From positions 802 through 64,801 of the forward strand of contig JAJPJK010000009.1 of the NCBI GenBank assembly GCA_021324265.1: a stretch of 64,000 nucleotides of DNA, written 5' to 3'. The stretch comes from Thermoproteota archaeon. GTDB lineage: Archaea; Thermoproteota; Thermoprotei; Gearchaeales; Gearchaeaceae. Of this stretch, positions 20,317 through 28,689 are shown piece after piece. The position numbers and the translations under genes were made by a program. Within the stretch, counting starts at the first letter, position 1; the number at the start of each line of letters is the position of its first letter. The notes under the pieces are model-generated. The model did not search any database, had not been told where the DNA came from, and saw only the letters and a program-made list of their open reading frames with translations.

Positions 20317-21066
20317 TCAAGCTGGTGAAGAAGTTTCCCAAAGATACATGAAGTAATTCTTAGCAAAGCTTGCAAGACCTATGTGATCAGACCATAGTGC
20401 AGCAGGCTCTCCTCCTTCCTCTGGCAATAATAGCAGGACTTCCTTTGAGTCTGCGATCATTCCGCCACCAAACATCTTCCCAGCAATCCTGACTTGAGCA
20501 ATTGTCTTCAAAGAATCGACATAGGTCCTTGAGAGATCATTGCTTACTATGATGAAGGCCTTGACGTTTTTAAGGCTTAGTCCTCCTAATATCGCAGAAA
20601 CTGAGAGTAAACTTTCTGAAATCTTAGGTATGGAGGCGAATATCTCAAGTCTACAGCGAGTTATCATGTCCTTGAGCTTTGCGATGATCTCATCTTTTCC
20701 CCTCATCAGCCAAACATCAGACTTCTCTTTCACGCCTTTCTTCTCAAAGAAATAAGATAATTCTGAAAGTGCAGCTTCTATATTACTTTGAATCTTCTCT
20801 TCCATTTCCTTTCTTAGCTTTTCGAAAGCAGTCTTAGGCTCAACTGGATGATAAATAGCGGGCCTTTTGTCCTCGATCTTTATAAACCCCTTCTTTTCCA
20901 AACTGGAAACAACTTCGTATATCTTGTTATATGGCACATGTGAAATCCTGCTAAGCTCAACAGCATTAAGGCCGCCATAGGATACTAGCGTAGAATATAC
21001 TTTTACTTCATAGGATGAAAGGCCTAGATCGAGCAAAGCCTTCTTTGCCTTATCGGATAATATCAT
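20317..21066 (-). CDS. TrmB-family transcriptional regulator
   Basis: N-terminal TrmB wHTH (LSSYEVKVYSTLVSYGGLNAVELSRISHVPYNKIYEVVSSLEKKGF) plus a C-terminal effector-type domain. Confidence 0.7.
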   Translation of the reverse strand: MILSDKAKKALLDLGLSSYEVKVYSTLVSYGGLNAVELSRISHVPYNKIYEVVSSLEKKGFIKIEDKRPAIYHPVEPKTAFEKLRKEMEEKIQSNIEAALSELSYFFEKKGVKEKSDVWLMRGKDEIIAKLKDMITRCRLEIFASIPKISESLLSVSAILGGLSLKNVKAFIIVSNDLSRTYVDSLKTIAQVRIAGKMFGGGMIADSKEVLLLLPEEGGEPAALWSDHIGLASFAKNYFMYLWETSSPA

Positions 21067-21096
21067 TATTCAGAAATTATTGAATTTACTTTTATA

Positions 21097-21510
21097 TTAA
21101 TGTAAAATCTCAATTTCTTTATTTATGTACTTATTGACCCTAAAAACTCTATGCCATGTTTCACCTGTCTTGAAGACTTCTTCCTCTTTCTCTAGTTCTA
21201 TTTCTCTATTCCCATCGAAGCATTCATGAATGACCTTAGAGCCGAGCTTGCCTTGTACTAGGTTTATCTTGTGCTCATCGCCCTTAATGCATATCAATAG
21301 CAACCATTCATTATCTCCTTCAAGTTCTTCGAAGCCTAGCTTTGCTGGAAGCGTAACGAAGACACCTACTCTTCTCAAATCTGCGAACAATGCCTTGCAC
21401 TTCCTGCAATGATAAACATCTATAACACCTTCAACAGTTTGGCCTGCGAGGACGTTTATTGCTCCATAATACTTTATTATGTGACTGCAGCCTTTATTGC
21501 TCATAGACAT
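21097..21510 (-). CDS. hypothetical Cys/His-containing protein (137 aa)
   Basis: ORF overlaps the upstream wHTH gene by 17 nt. CSH...HCRKC...HEC residues; no family recognised. Confidence 0.45.
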   Translation of the reverse strand: MSMSNKGCSHIIKYYGAINVLAGQTVEGVIDVYHCRKCKALFADLRRVGVFVTLPAKLGFEELEGDNEWLLLICIKGDEHKINLVQGKLGSKVIHECFDGNREIELEKEEEVFKTGETWHRVFRVNKYINKEIEILH

Positions 21511-21859
21511 TTGAGAGCATTCTTACTAATAGCTCTATCTTAGCCCTCTTCTTCCTGTATTCAGCAGGACCAATGTTTTTGTCTCTTAAGGCTTTCTGTT
21601 CCCATATTTTGTATATGTTCGTAAGGCCCATCCTAGGATGCAGGCACTTGAATCTATTTTTCGCTGATGAAGCTATGACTAGCCCTTTTTCTAAGAAAGC
21701 GTTTATTATTCTCGAAGCTATCTCTTCATCGATATTCAGCGCTTTAGCTATATCCTTGGCATCGAAGTCCTTCTTCTTGAGGAGATAAAGATAGACCTCG
21801 ATTTCCTGATCATCGAAGTCTTCTCTTAATAACTTTCTAGCTTCTTCTATGCTCATCAT
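21494..21859 (-). CDS. winged-helix (TrmB/MarR-like) DNA-binding protein (121 aa)
   Basis: EIEVYLYLLKKKDFDAKDIAKALNIDEEIASRIINAFLEKGLV wHTH pattern. Confidence 0.5.
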   Translation of the reverse strand: MMSIEEARKLLREDFDDQEIEVYLYLLKKKDFDAKDIAKALNIDEEIASRIINAFLEKGLVIASSAKNRFKCLHPRMGLTNIYKIWEQKALRDKNIGPAEYRKKRAKIELLVRMLSNVYEQ

Positions 21860-21955
21860 GGAATCTTATGCAAGGTATTATAAAACGGGAACCAACCATT
21901 TTACCGGTGAAAAGGTGGAAAATCTTTTTAAATTCTCCTGAGAAAACTCGCTTAC

Positions 21956-23695
21956 ATGGCTCAATTACTTCAAATAGAATCAAAGAAAGTAAAGAAGAAG
22001 GAGGAAAAAGATCTTCACATACTGAGGCATACTCAGAGCATTTGCCCTGAGTGCAATAGGCTCATCTCAGCGATCGTATACGAGAAAGATGGAAAGGTTT
22101 ACATGACAAAGACATGTCCTGTTCATGGCGAAACTGAAGAACTTTACTTCGGAGATTATGAAATGTATCAGAGATTCAGCACATACTGGAAGGATGGAAA
22201 GGGGACGTTAGCTCCGAACGTTCCTCTAGAGAGGTGTATGTGCCCATACAACTGTGGCCTTTGTAGCAACCATATAAGTCATACAGCATTAGCTAACGTT
22301 ATAATTACGAATAGATGTGACTTAACATGCTGGTATTGCTTCTTCTACGTTAAGAAGGGGCTTGAAGGTGCATATGTATATGAACCGAGCCTCGAGGATA
22401 TCGTAGAAATGGTCCGCATGCTGAGAAGTGAAAGACCAGTCCCAGGAAATTCAGTACAAATAACAGGAGGAGAACCTACACTTAGAGAGGATCTAATAGA
22501 TATAGTTAAAGCGATAAAGGCAGAAGGTGTTGACCATATACAACTAAATACAAACGGAATAAACATAGCACTACGAGGCCCAGAATATGCGATTGCATTG
22601 AGAAAGGCAGGTGTATCGAATCTATACTTGAGCTTCGATGGGGTTACTCCAAGGACAAATCCAAAGAATCACTGGGAAGTACCATATGTCTTGGATGCAT
22701 GTAGGAAAGCAAACTTGGGCGTAGTACTAGTACCCACTGTAATAAAGAGCGTTAATGATCATGAACTTGGTCTAATAATAAGATTTGCTCAAAGGAACAT
22801 GGATGTAGTAAGAGCAGTCAACTTCCAGCCTGTTTCCTTAACTGGAAGGCTTACTAAGAGTGAAAGGGAGAAATATAGGATAACAATACCAGATTGCATT
22901 CATAGGATCGAAGAACAAACTAATGGTGAAGTAACTGCTGATGATTGGTTCCCAGTTCCTTCATGTACGCCTCTTAGCGATTTCATACAATTCTTAACAA
23001 GGAAGCCAAAGTATGAGCTTTCAATACACTTCGCATGCGGAGCAGGAACATATGTATTCGTTGACAAAGAAACAAACAAGCTTGTTCCTGTAACGAGGTT
23101 TGTGGATATAAAGGGACTCATAGAATTCTTCGATGAAGAGATCGATGAGATAAAGAGCGGCAAGCCAACAGCTTTAACATTAGCAAAATTCCTTTACAGA
23201 TTCAATAGCTTCATAGATAAGAGTAAGGAACCAAAGGGACTTAATTTCGGAAAGCTAATAAGCGATATCATACTCTACAACAGCTACGAAGCAGTAGGTC
23301 AGTTGCAGCTCAAGACGCTCTTCTTAGGCATGATGCACTTCCAAGATAAGTACAATCAAGATGAGGAAAGGCTACAGAGATGCGATATTCACTACTTGAC
23401 TCCAGACCTTAGGATAATACCTTTCTGCTCATTCAATGTGATACCAGAGTTTTATAGAGATAGAATTCAGCAAAAGTACGGCATCCCTGTTCCTGATTGG
23501 GAGAAAACTGCTGGCAGAAGACTTGAGGACGGGCTCTATAGAGGCGTGCTGAGAAGAGGTAAGCATCATCCAAACTGTGGTTGCGATTTAGCAAAGCAGA
23601 AGGGTGAAGGAAGCGAAAACCTTCAAATCCAAGGCTGCGGTTGCTCAGTAATACATGCTTCAAAAGCTGGATTGGCAACTGTTTCTCCAAACTAA
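21956..23695 (+). CDS. tes: radical-SAM enzyme, probable tetraether lipid synthase (Tes / GDGT-MAS family)
   Basis: N-terminal zinc-ribbon-like CPECN...CPVHGE, radical-SAM cluster motif CDLTCWYC (Cx3Cx2C), SVQITGGEPTL; about 580 aa. Confidence 0.55.
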   Translation: MAQLLQIESKKVKKKEEKDLHILRHTQSICPECNRLISAIVYEKDGKVYMTKTCPVHGETEELYFGDYEMYQRFSTYWKDGKGTLAPNVPLERCMCPYNCGLCSNHISHTALANVIITNRCDLTCWYCFFYVKKGLEGAYVYEPSLEDIVEMVRMLRSERPVPGNSVQITGGEPTLREDLIDIVKAIKAEGVDHIQLNTNGINIALRGPEYAIALRKAGVSNLYLSFDGVTPRTNPKNHWEVPYVLDACRKANLGVVLVPTVIKSVNDHELGLIIRFAQRNMDVVRAVNFQPVSLTGRLTKSEREKYRITIPDCIHRIEEQTNGEVTADDWFPVPSCTPLSDFIQFLTRKPKYELSIHFACGAGTYVFVDKETNKLVPVTRFVDIKGLIEFFDEEIDEIKSGKPTALTLAKFLYRFNSFIDKSKEPKGLNFGKLISDIILYNSYEAVGQLQLKTLFLGMMHFQDKYNQDEERLQRCDIHYLTPDLRIIPFCSFNVIPEFYRDRIQQKYGIPVPDWEKTAGRRLEDGLYRGVLRRGKHHPNCGCDLAKQKGEGSENLQIQGCGCSVIHASKAGLATVSPN

Positions 23696-23732
23696 ATTTA
23701 CAGTCTTTTTTACCTTCTTTCGAATTTCTTTC

Positions 23733-24803
23733 GTGCTTAGATTAGGTATTGTTAAGAATAGCGGAGATTTGTTCATGCTCGATCCTGAAGACTTCAGGAA
23801 GCATGCATGTATATTCGGAATGACTGGAAGCGGGAAGTCAACAACGCTAGCGATCATAGCTTATGAAATGCAGAAAAGCGGCATACCATCGCTCATCTTA
23901 GATAGGACAGGTGAGTTCAAAAATAAATTCATAAAGGTACCGGGCGTCCATTATTATCTGCCCGGCTACAATCTCAATATCTCACCATTCAAAATCTGGG
24001 AAGAAGAAGCTGAGGAAGAAAGGATACATAGATATCTATGGCTTTTAGAAGAATTCTGCAGAATAACTTGGAAAGAGAGTTTTTCTCCATTGCAGACAAG
24101 GCTAATAGCACAATCTCTAGAAAGGCTCATCGGAAGAGATGATATGGATTTCTCAATGCTCATCGAAGAATGTAGGAAGATCGCAAAGGATGAATTGAAG
24201 ATTTGGTTCGAAGCTGCGGAAGCGATAGCTTCTAGATTCAGCATATTTACTGTAGGGAAATTCAGGAAGGCATTCAATGAAACAAGCAATTCTACGATAA
24301 GTGAGGTATTTCAGGAAGGAATACATGTAATCGATCTTTCGAATCTTGAATATGATGCCCCAAAGAATCTCTTCTCGCTCATAATTGCGAACTTAGTCAT
24401 GCTGAAGATTAAGAAAAATAGCTTCAGCAGGAAGTTGAATCTAGCATTCATGATTGATGAGGCCCATAATATTGCGGGTAAAGAAATTAAATATAGCTTG
24501 ATGGAAAAGATCTCGATGGAGCTTAGGAAATATGGCTTAAGCTTGATCATAGCTTCTCCCAATCCTTCAGAGATAAATCCCAATATACTCGCGAATTCCG
24601 GTGTGCTAATAGCACATCAAATGCTAAGCATAGAAGAAGCTGAGACAATAAAGAAGTATAGCTATCCTTCAAGTTATTTCAGCACCTTCGAGGACGTAGT
24701 ATGCAACCTAAAAACTGGCGAAGCCTTCATAAGAGCACCGAGCAGATTGGAAGGAGAAGTTGTTAAAATAGGTGTAAAAGAACATAGCATATTGACGATA
24801 TGA
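23733..24803 (+). CDS. HerA/FtsK-like P-loop ATPase (DUF87 type), short form lacking the N-terminal barrel
   Basis: Walker A FGMTGSGKST, Walker B LAFMIDEAHNI, LRKYGLSLIIASPNPSEI. Start is ambiguous: ATG 23655, GTG 23733 or ATG 23775. Confidence 0.7.
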   Translation: MLRLGIVKNSGDLFMLDPEDFRKHACIFGMTGSGKSTTLAIIAYEMQKSGIPSLILDRTGEFKNKFIKVPGVHYYLPGYNLNISPFKIWEEEAEEERIHRYLWLLEEFCRITWKESFSPLQTRLIAQSLERLIGRDDMDFSMLIEECRKIAKDELKIWFEAAEAIASRFSIFTVGKFRKAFNETSNSTISEVFQEGIHVIDLSNLEYDAPKNLFSLIIANLVMLKIKKNSFSRKLNLAFMIDEAHNIAGKEIKYSLMEKISMELRKYGLSLIIASPNPSEINPNILANSGVLIAHQMLSIEEAETIKKYSYPSSYFSTFEDVVCNLKTGEAFIRAPSRLEGEVVKIGVKEHSILTI

Positions 24804-25327
24804 CTACTAGTATAGAGGAATTTAAGTTAACTGCAAGCAGCGAGCGAATCAAGCTAGGAGAGAAGATAAAGATAAACCTTAGCATGAGCATTAAGGGTGA
24901 TTTGGTCAATAACTTCACGCCAGATAACTGGGAAAAGGCATACAAAGAAGGCGAGAGGAAATTCATGCTCAGATATTTCATTAAGATTAAAAACCTAAAG
25001 GGTTTCCTATCATCGAATGATCTCATAAAGGAGAAAATTGTTAGGAGAGCAGTATTCTTCTGGACGAGGAATCCAACGATCGATAGGACATATTGGGTAG
25101 AGCTCGTGCTTGAGGATAAAAAGCCATATTTGATAAGGGAAATCGATGGGATATATGAAAAGCTCTTCAACCTTGAAAGAAGCTATGAGATAGATTCTAA
25201 TTTGCTAGGAGATGGGAAGCATAAGATAAGAGCTGAAGTTAAGGTTAAGTGGGCAAATTATGTATTCATCGATGCCTCAACCTTAAAAGCTAAGAGCAAC
25301 GTTATAGCAATCGAGTGTTTGAAATGA
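24800..25327 (+). CDS. hypothetical soluble protein (175 aa), operon partner of the HerA-like ATPase
   Basis: ATGA overlap with the ATPase stop. No TM segment. Alternating-polarity stretches suggest a beta-rich fold. Confidence 0.5.
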   Translation: MTTSIEEFKLTASSERIKLGEKIKINLSMSIKGDLVNNFTPDNWEKAYKEGERKFMLRYFIKIKNLKGFLSSNDLIKEKIVRRAVFFWTRNPTIDRTYWVELVLEDKKPYLIREIDGIYEKLFNLERSYEIDSNLLGDGKHKIRAEVKVKWANYVFIDASTLKAKSNVIAIECLK

Positions 25328-25593
25328 AGAAGGTTGAAGCTACCTTTGGAAGCGATTTCGCAATAGAAAGAGCTGAGGAAAGGCTGAGCAAGAATGGATA
25401 CAAGTTCGAGAGGAAGCCTCCAATTAAACTTGTAATATACGTTAGGAATAATGATGATATAGAAATCATTAAGAAGATAATTTCAGAAAGCCACGGTTAT
25501 CTAGAACCTCAAGAAACGATGAGAGAGAAGATTACTGGGAAAATAATATCGTTACTTTCCAATTTAATAAGAGGAGGTAAAAAGAAGGACTAG
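25315..25593 (+). CDS. hypothetical protein (92 aa)
   Basis: 13-nt overlap with the upstream ORF. No motif recognised. Confidence 0.45.
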   Translation: MFEMKKVEATFGSDFAIERAEERLSKNGYKFERKPPIKLVIYVRNNDDIEIIKKIISESHGYLEPQETMREKITGKIISLLSNLIRGGKKKD

Positions 25594-25733
25594 CTAGCTT
25601 CGTTCATTTCATCTTCATCAGGCTCAACTTCTACAATACTATTGCAATTTGTGCAGAAGGGATATTCGTTGAAGTGAAGTACAGGATCCTTTACGAATAC
25701 CCTGATCTCAGAATGGCAATATTTACAGCGCAT
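25590..25733 (-). CDS. possible small zinc-ribbon protein (47 aa)
   Basis: Below the track cutoff. Hand translation MRCKYCHSEIRVFVKDPVLHFNEYPFCTNCNSIVEVEPDEDEMNEAS (CxxC...CxxC, acidic tail). Lies 12 nt downstream of thiL on the same strand. Confidence 0.3.
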   Translation of the reverse strand: MRCKYCHSEIRVFVKDPVLHFNEYPFCTNCNSIVEVEPDEDEMNEAS

Positions 25734-25745
25734 ATCTTGAAAATC

Positions 25746-26732
25746 TCACTTCCAATATTTAAAGTGCTCCCATCCGCGTTTTTCTATCTCGAACTTTTTA
25801 TCCTTTCCTTTGTAATAAACTCCCTTCCTTTTAGTCGTGAATCTTCCTATATTCGTGAACCAGCAACCCATTCTGAGACATAGCCTCCTTATCATATCCT
25901 CCCACTCGAGCGTATAGGCGAATAATATCTCATATTCCTCACCGCCCTCATATAGCACGAGATTATAGGGATCTATACCATGATTTCTACAATAATCTAG
26001 AACCTCTTCGTCAATGGGTATTTTGTACAGCTCTATGCCCATGTTATTTGCTTCTGCAAAGAGATGAAGAGAAGTTGCAAGACCATCGCTTATGTCCATG
26101 CAGTTATTTATGAAATCGCTTAAGTAAAGTGCTTCTTTAATCCTTCCTTTAGGCTTGAACACACTCTCAAGTGCTCTTTGCCTCAAAGGCTCTGGGACAT
26201 CCCACTTTTCATTGAGTATCTTGTAAGCTAGAGAAGTGAGACCGAACTTTCCAGTTAGGCCTATTAAATAGTATTCTTGTGCACCAGCTCTGGGAAGTAT
26301 CTTGTGACCCTTGCCATATACAAAGCCTGCAATCGAGAGTTCTTTGCCAGCTGAAAGATCTCCGCCCATATACTTGCAGCGATGGGTTTTGAGCGCATCC
26401 ATTATACCTCTCATCATTTCATTGAAGTCATCGAACTCCATATCTTCAGGAAGTGTTATAGAGAAGAGCATCCCTGTTGGATCAGCTCCCTTACAAGCTA
26501 CATCCGAGAGATTGCATATCACAGCTTTCCAACCAAAATTGTAATAGCCCATTCCATCGATATAATCAGTTGAAAAATTCAAAACATCCGTATGAAATAC
26601 GAAATGTGTTGAATAATCTACCCAGAAGTAGTAAGCATCATCATATATAGGCTTAGAACCCCATCTTTCTGCAACCATATTATGGATATGCTCAATAAGT
26701 TTCCTCTCCCCGAGATCTTTAACTTTTACCAT
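25746..26732 (-). CDS. thiL: thiamine-monophosphate kinase (AIR-synthase-related family)
   Basis: DDAYYF, NLSDVACKGADP, MDISDGLATS motifs; 328 aa. Confidence 0.7.
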   Translation of the reverse strand: MVKVKDLGERKLIEHIHNMVAERWGSKPIYDDAYYFWVDYSTHFVFHTDVLNFSTDYIDGMGYYNFGWKAVICNLSDVACKGADPTGMLFSITLPEDMEFDDFNEMMRGIMDALKTHRCKYMGGDLSAGKELSIAGFVYGKGHKILPRAGAQEYYLIGLTGKFGLTSLAYKILNEKWDVPEPLRQRALESVFKPKGRIKEALYLSDFINNCMDISDGLATSLHLFAEANNMGIELYKIPIDEEVLDYCRNHGIDPYNLVLYEGGEEYEILFAYTLEWEDMIRRLCLRMGCWFTNIGRFTTKRKGVYYKGKDKKFEIEKRGWEHFKYWK

Positions 26733-26774
26733 ATAATAAAAATATTTAACTTATTTGGCGAATAAATTTGTTTA

Positions 26775-26848
26775 GCCCCAGTAGCATAGTCAGGTAATGC
26801 GCCTGCCTCGTAAGCAGGAGACCGTGGGTTCAAATCCCACCTGGGGCT
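26775..26848 (+). tRNA. tRNA-Thr (CGU)
   Basis: 74 nt. Acceptor GCCCCAG/CTGGGGC, D stem GCAT/ATGC, anticodon arm CCTGC-CTCGTAA-GCAGG, T arm GTGGG-TTCAAAT-CCCAC. Confidence 0.9.
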
Positions 26849-26997
26849 TAGATAATCTTGCTCCCTTAACTTCAAAAGGAATTCTTGATACAAAAGTATT
26901 CATAGCATTCCTCGCTCTTATTTCAAAAAGAAATTAAGACTGGAGATAGAATTCTTGGGAAGTTTCCATATTGAATTCAAGTAAACGATCGAGAAAG

Positions 26998-27825
26998 TTA
27001 TTTGGAAGATGCTAAAACTTTATTCAACCAGCTCAATGCTTCTAGAATAAAGCTAGGTCCATGATGGGCCAAGAAGTCATAAGGCCTAGGTGTGATGAAA
27101 TATCTCTTTTCTCTCAAGGCTCTTAGATCAGCTAGCCCGCGCTTGGAAAATTTCTCGATGAATTCTTCTTCACCTTCTTCCTTGAACATTTTTGGCTCAT
27201 ATATTATTACATCGGGATCTTTTTCTCTCAGCAAATTGGAATCAGGCTCGAGCCATTCCCTGTGGAAATCCTGGAATATGTTCTTATGTCCAACTAGATT
27301 GATGGCATCGGTGATATAACTATAAGCCCCAAAAGTTACTGGCATTCCGAAATCGATCTCGACATAGACCTTCAAGGATTTATTGCTGGGCTCTAGAGAA
27401 TTCAAAGCCTTGAGAAGTTTTTTCTGCAAATCTCTAGCTTGGTCATAATATCCTGCAGCGAGACCAACTTCGGTGCATGTTGCGATGATCGCAGAAACTG
27501 TGCTAGGTAAAGCTATAGCGTATACATTGAAGTGCTTAGATAGCTTAGATGCGAAATCCCTTTGGTAGCCTGTCGTTGTGAATATGAGATCAGGCTTCAG
27601 CGAGAGCAGTCTATCGATGTTCACATTCGTATAGCTTCCCAATATAGGCTTCTTCCTAGCTTCAGGAGGCCTAACGCAAAATGCGCTCACGCCTATGATC
27701 TTTTCTCCTAAACCCATCATGAAGAGTGCTTCTGTTACAGCTGGACTGAAGCTTATAATTCTTTCACATCTTTCTGGAAGTATGAGCTCTTTTTCAAGGA
27801 CTTCACAGTAAATTTTCCTAGACAC
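26998..27825 (-). CDS. TroA/BtuF-like (class III) substrate-binding protein, no obvious signal peptide
   Basis: ERIISFSPAVTEALFMMGLGEKIIGVS and LKPDLIFTT motifs typical of cobalamin/iron-siderophore binding proteins. Confidence 0.65.
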   Translation of the reverse strand: MSRKIYCEVLEKELILPERCERIISFSPAVTEALFMMGLGEKIIGVSAFCVRPPEARKKPILGSYTNVNIDRLLSLKPDLIFTTTGYQRDFASKLSKHFNVYAIALPSTVSAIIATCTEVGLAAGYYDQARDLQKKLLKALNSLEPSNKSLKVYVEIDFGMPVTFGAYSYITDAINLVGHKNIFQDFHREWLEPDSNLLREKDPDVIIYEPKMFKEEGEEEFIEKFSKRGLADLRALREKRYFITPRPYDFLAHHGPSFILEALSWLNKVLASSK

Positions 27826-27879
27826 GCTATAACAATGTTATATTTATATTTAAGTTGGAATAAGAGAGAGTATTGAAAC

Positions 27880-28647
27880 ATGGTCGACGTATTAACCATT
27901 GAGCATTTGTATGTTGAAGTTGAAGGGAAAGAAATACTCAAGGACATAAATCTCGAAGTGAAGAGCAACGAGATTCATGCCATCATGGGTCCTAATGGAG
28001 CTGGTAAGAGTTCGCTTGCACAAGCTATAATGGGCCATCCTAGATACAAAATAACAAAAGGAGATGTCAAGATAAATGGTGAAAGCATTTTAGGCTTGAG
28101 CACTGATAAGAGGGCTCAGAAAGGGCTCTTCATATCCTTGCAATATCCTATAGGCTTGCAGGGTATTACGCTCTTCACTCTAGTTAGGGCCTCGCTTACA
28201 GCCTTGAAATATAAACCAACTGATCCTTCTCAAAAGCCAAATCTACCATTGCCTCAAATAAGGAAGGATCTCGAATTCTATCTTAAGAAGCTAGGGCTTG
28301 ATGATAGCTTCATAAACAGGTATGTGAACGAAGGATTCTCAGGTGGTGAGAAGAAAAAGAGTGAAATCGTACAAATGGCGATGATAAAGCCGAAGTTCGC
28401 GATATTAGATGAAACAGATTCAGGTCTCGATATAGATGGAATAAAGATCGTAGCAAGCGCGATAATGGATATAAGCAGGAGAGAGACAGGGTTAATACTC
28501 ATAACGCACTACAACAGGCTACTTCAGTTCATAAGGCCGGATTATGTTCACATTCTCATGGATGGGAGGATAGTAGAAACAGGCCCAGCAGAGCTCGCTG
28601 ATTTGCTCGAACAAAAAGGATATGACTGGTTCAAGAAGGGGCTATAA
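27880..28647 (+). CDS. sufC: Fe-S cluster assembly ATPase SufC
   Basis: Walker A GPNGAGKSS, FSGGEKKK signature, ILDETDSGLD; SufC-type sequence throughout. Confidence 0.95.
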   Translation: MVDVLTIEHLYVEVEGKEILKDINLEVKSNEIHAIMGPNGAGKSSLAQAIMGHPRYKITKGDVKINGESILGLSTDKRAQKGLFISLQYPIGLQGITLFTLVRASLTALKYKPTDPSQKPNLPLPQIRKDLEFYLKKLGLDDSFINRYVNEGFSGGEKKKSEIVQMAMIKPKFAILDETDSGLDIDGIKIVASAIMDISRRETGLILITHYNRLLQFIRPDYVHILMDGRIVETGPAELADLLEQKGYDWFKKGL

Positions 28648-28689
28648 CATGGTTATATTTATATTAAATGTAGATCATGGAGAAGTAGT

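Noticed and set aside
23655-25593. HerA-like operon as a known defence system (Sir2-HerA or DUF4297-HerA) or the HerA-NurA repair module
   Set aside because: No Sir2, DUF4297, NurA, Mre11 or Rad50-like partner is recognisable in or next to the operon. It is kept as an unknown-function finding instead of a defence or repair call.
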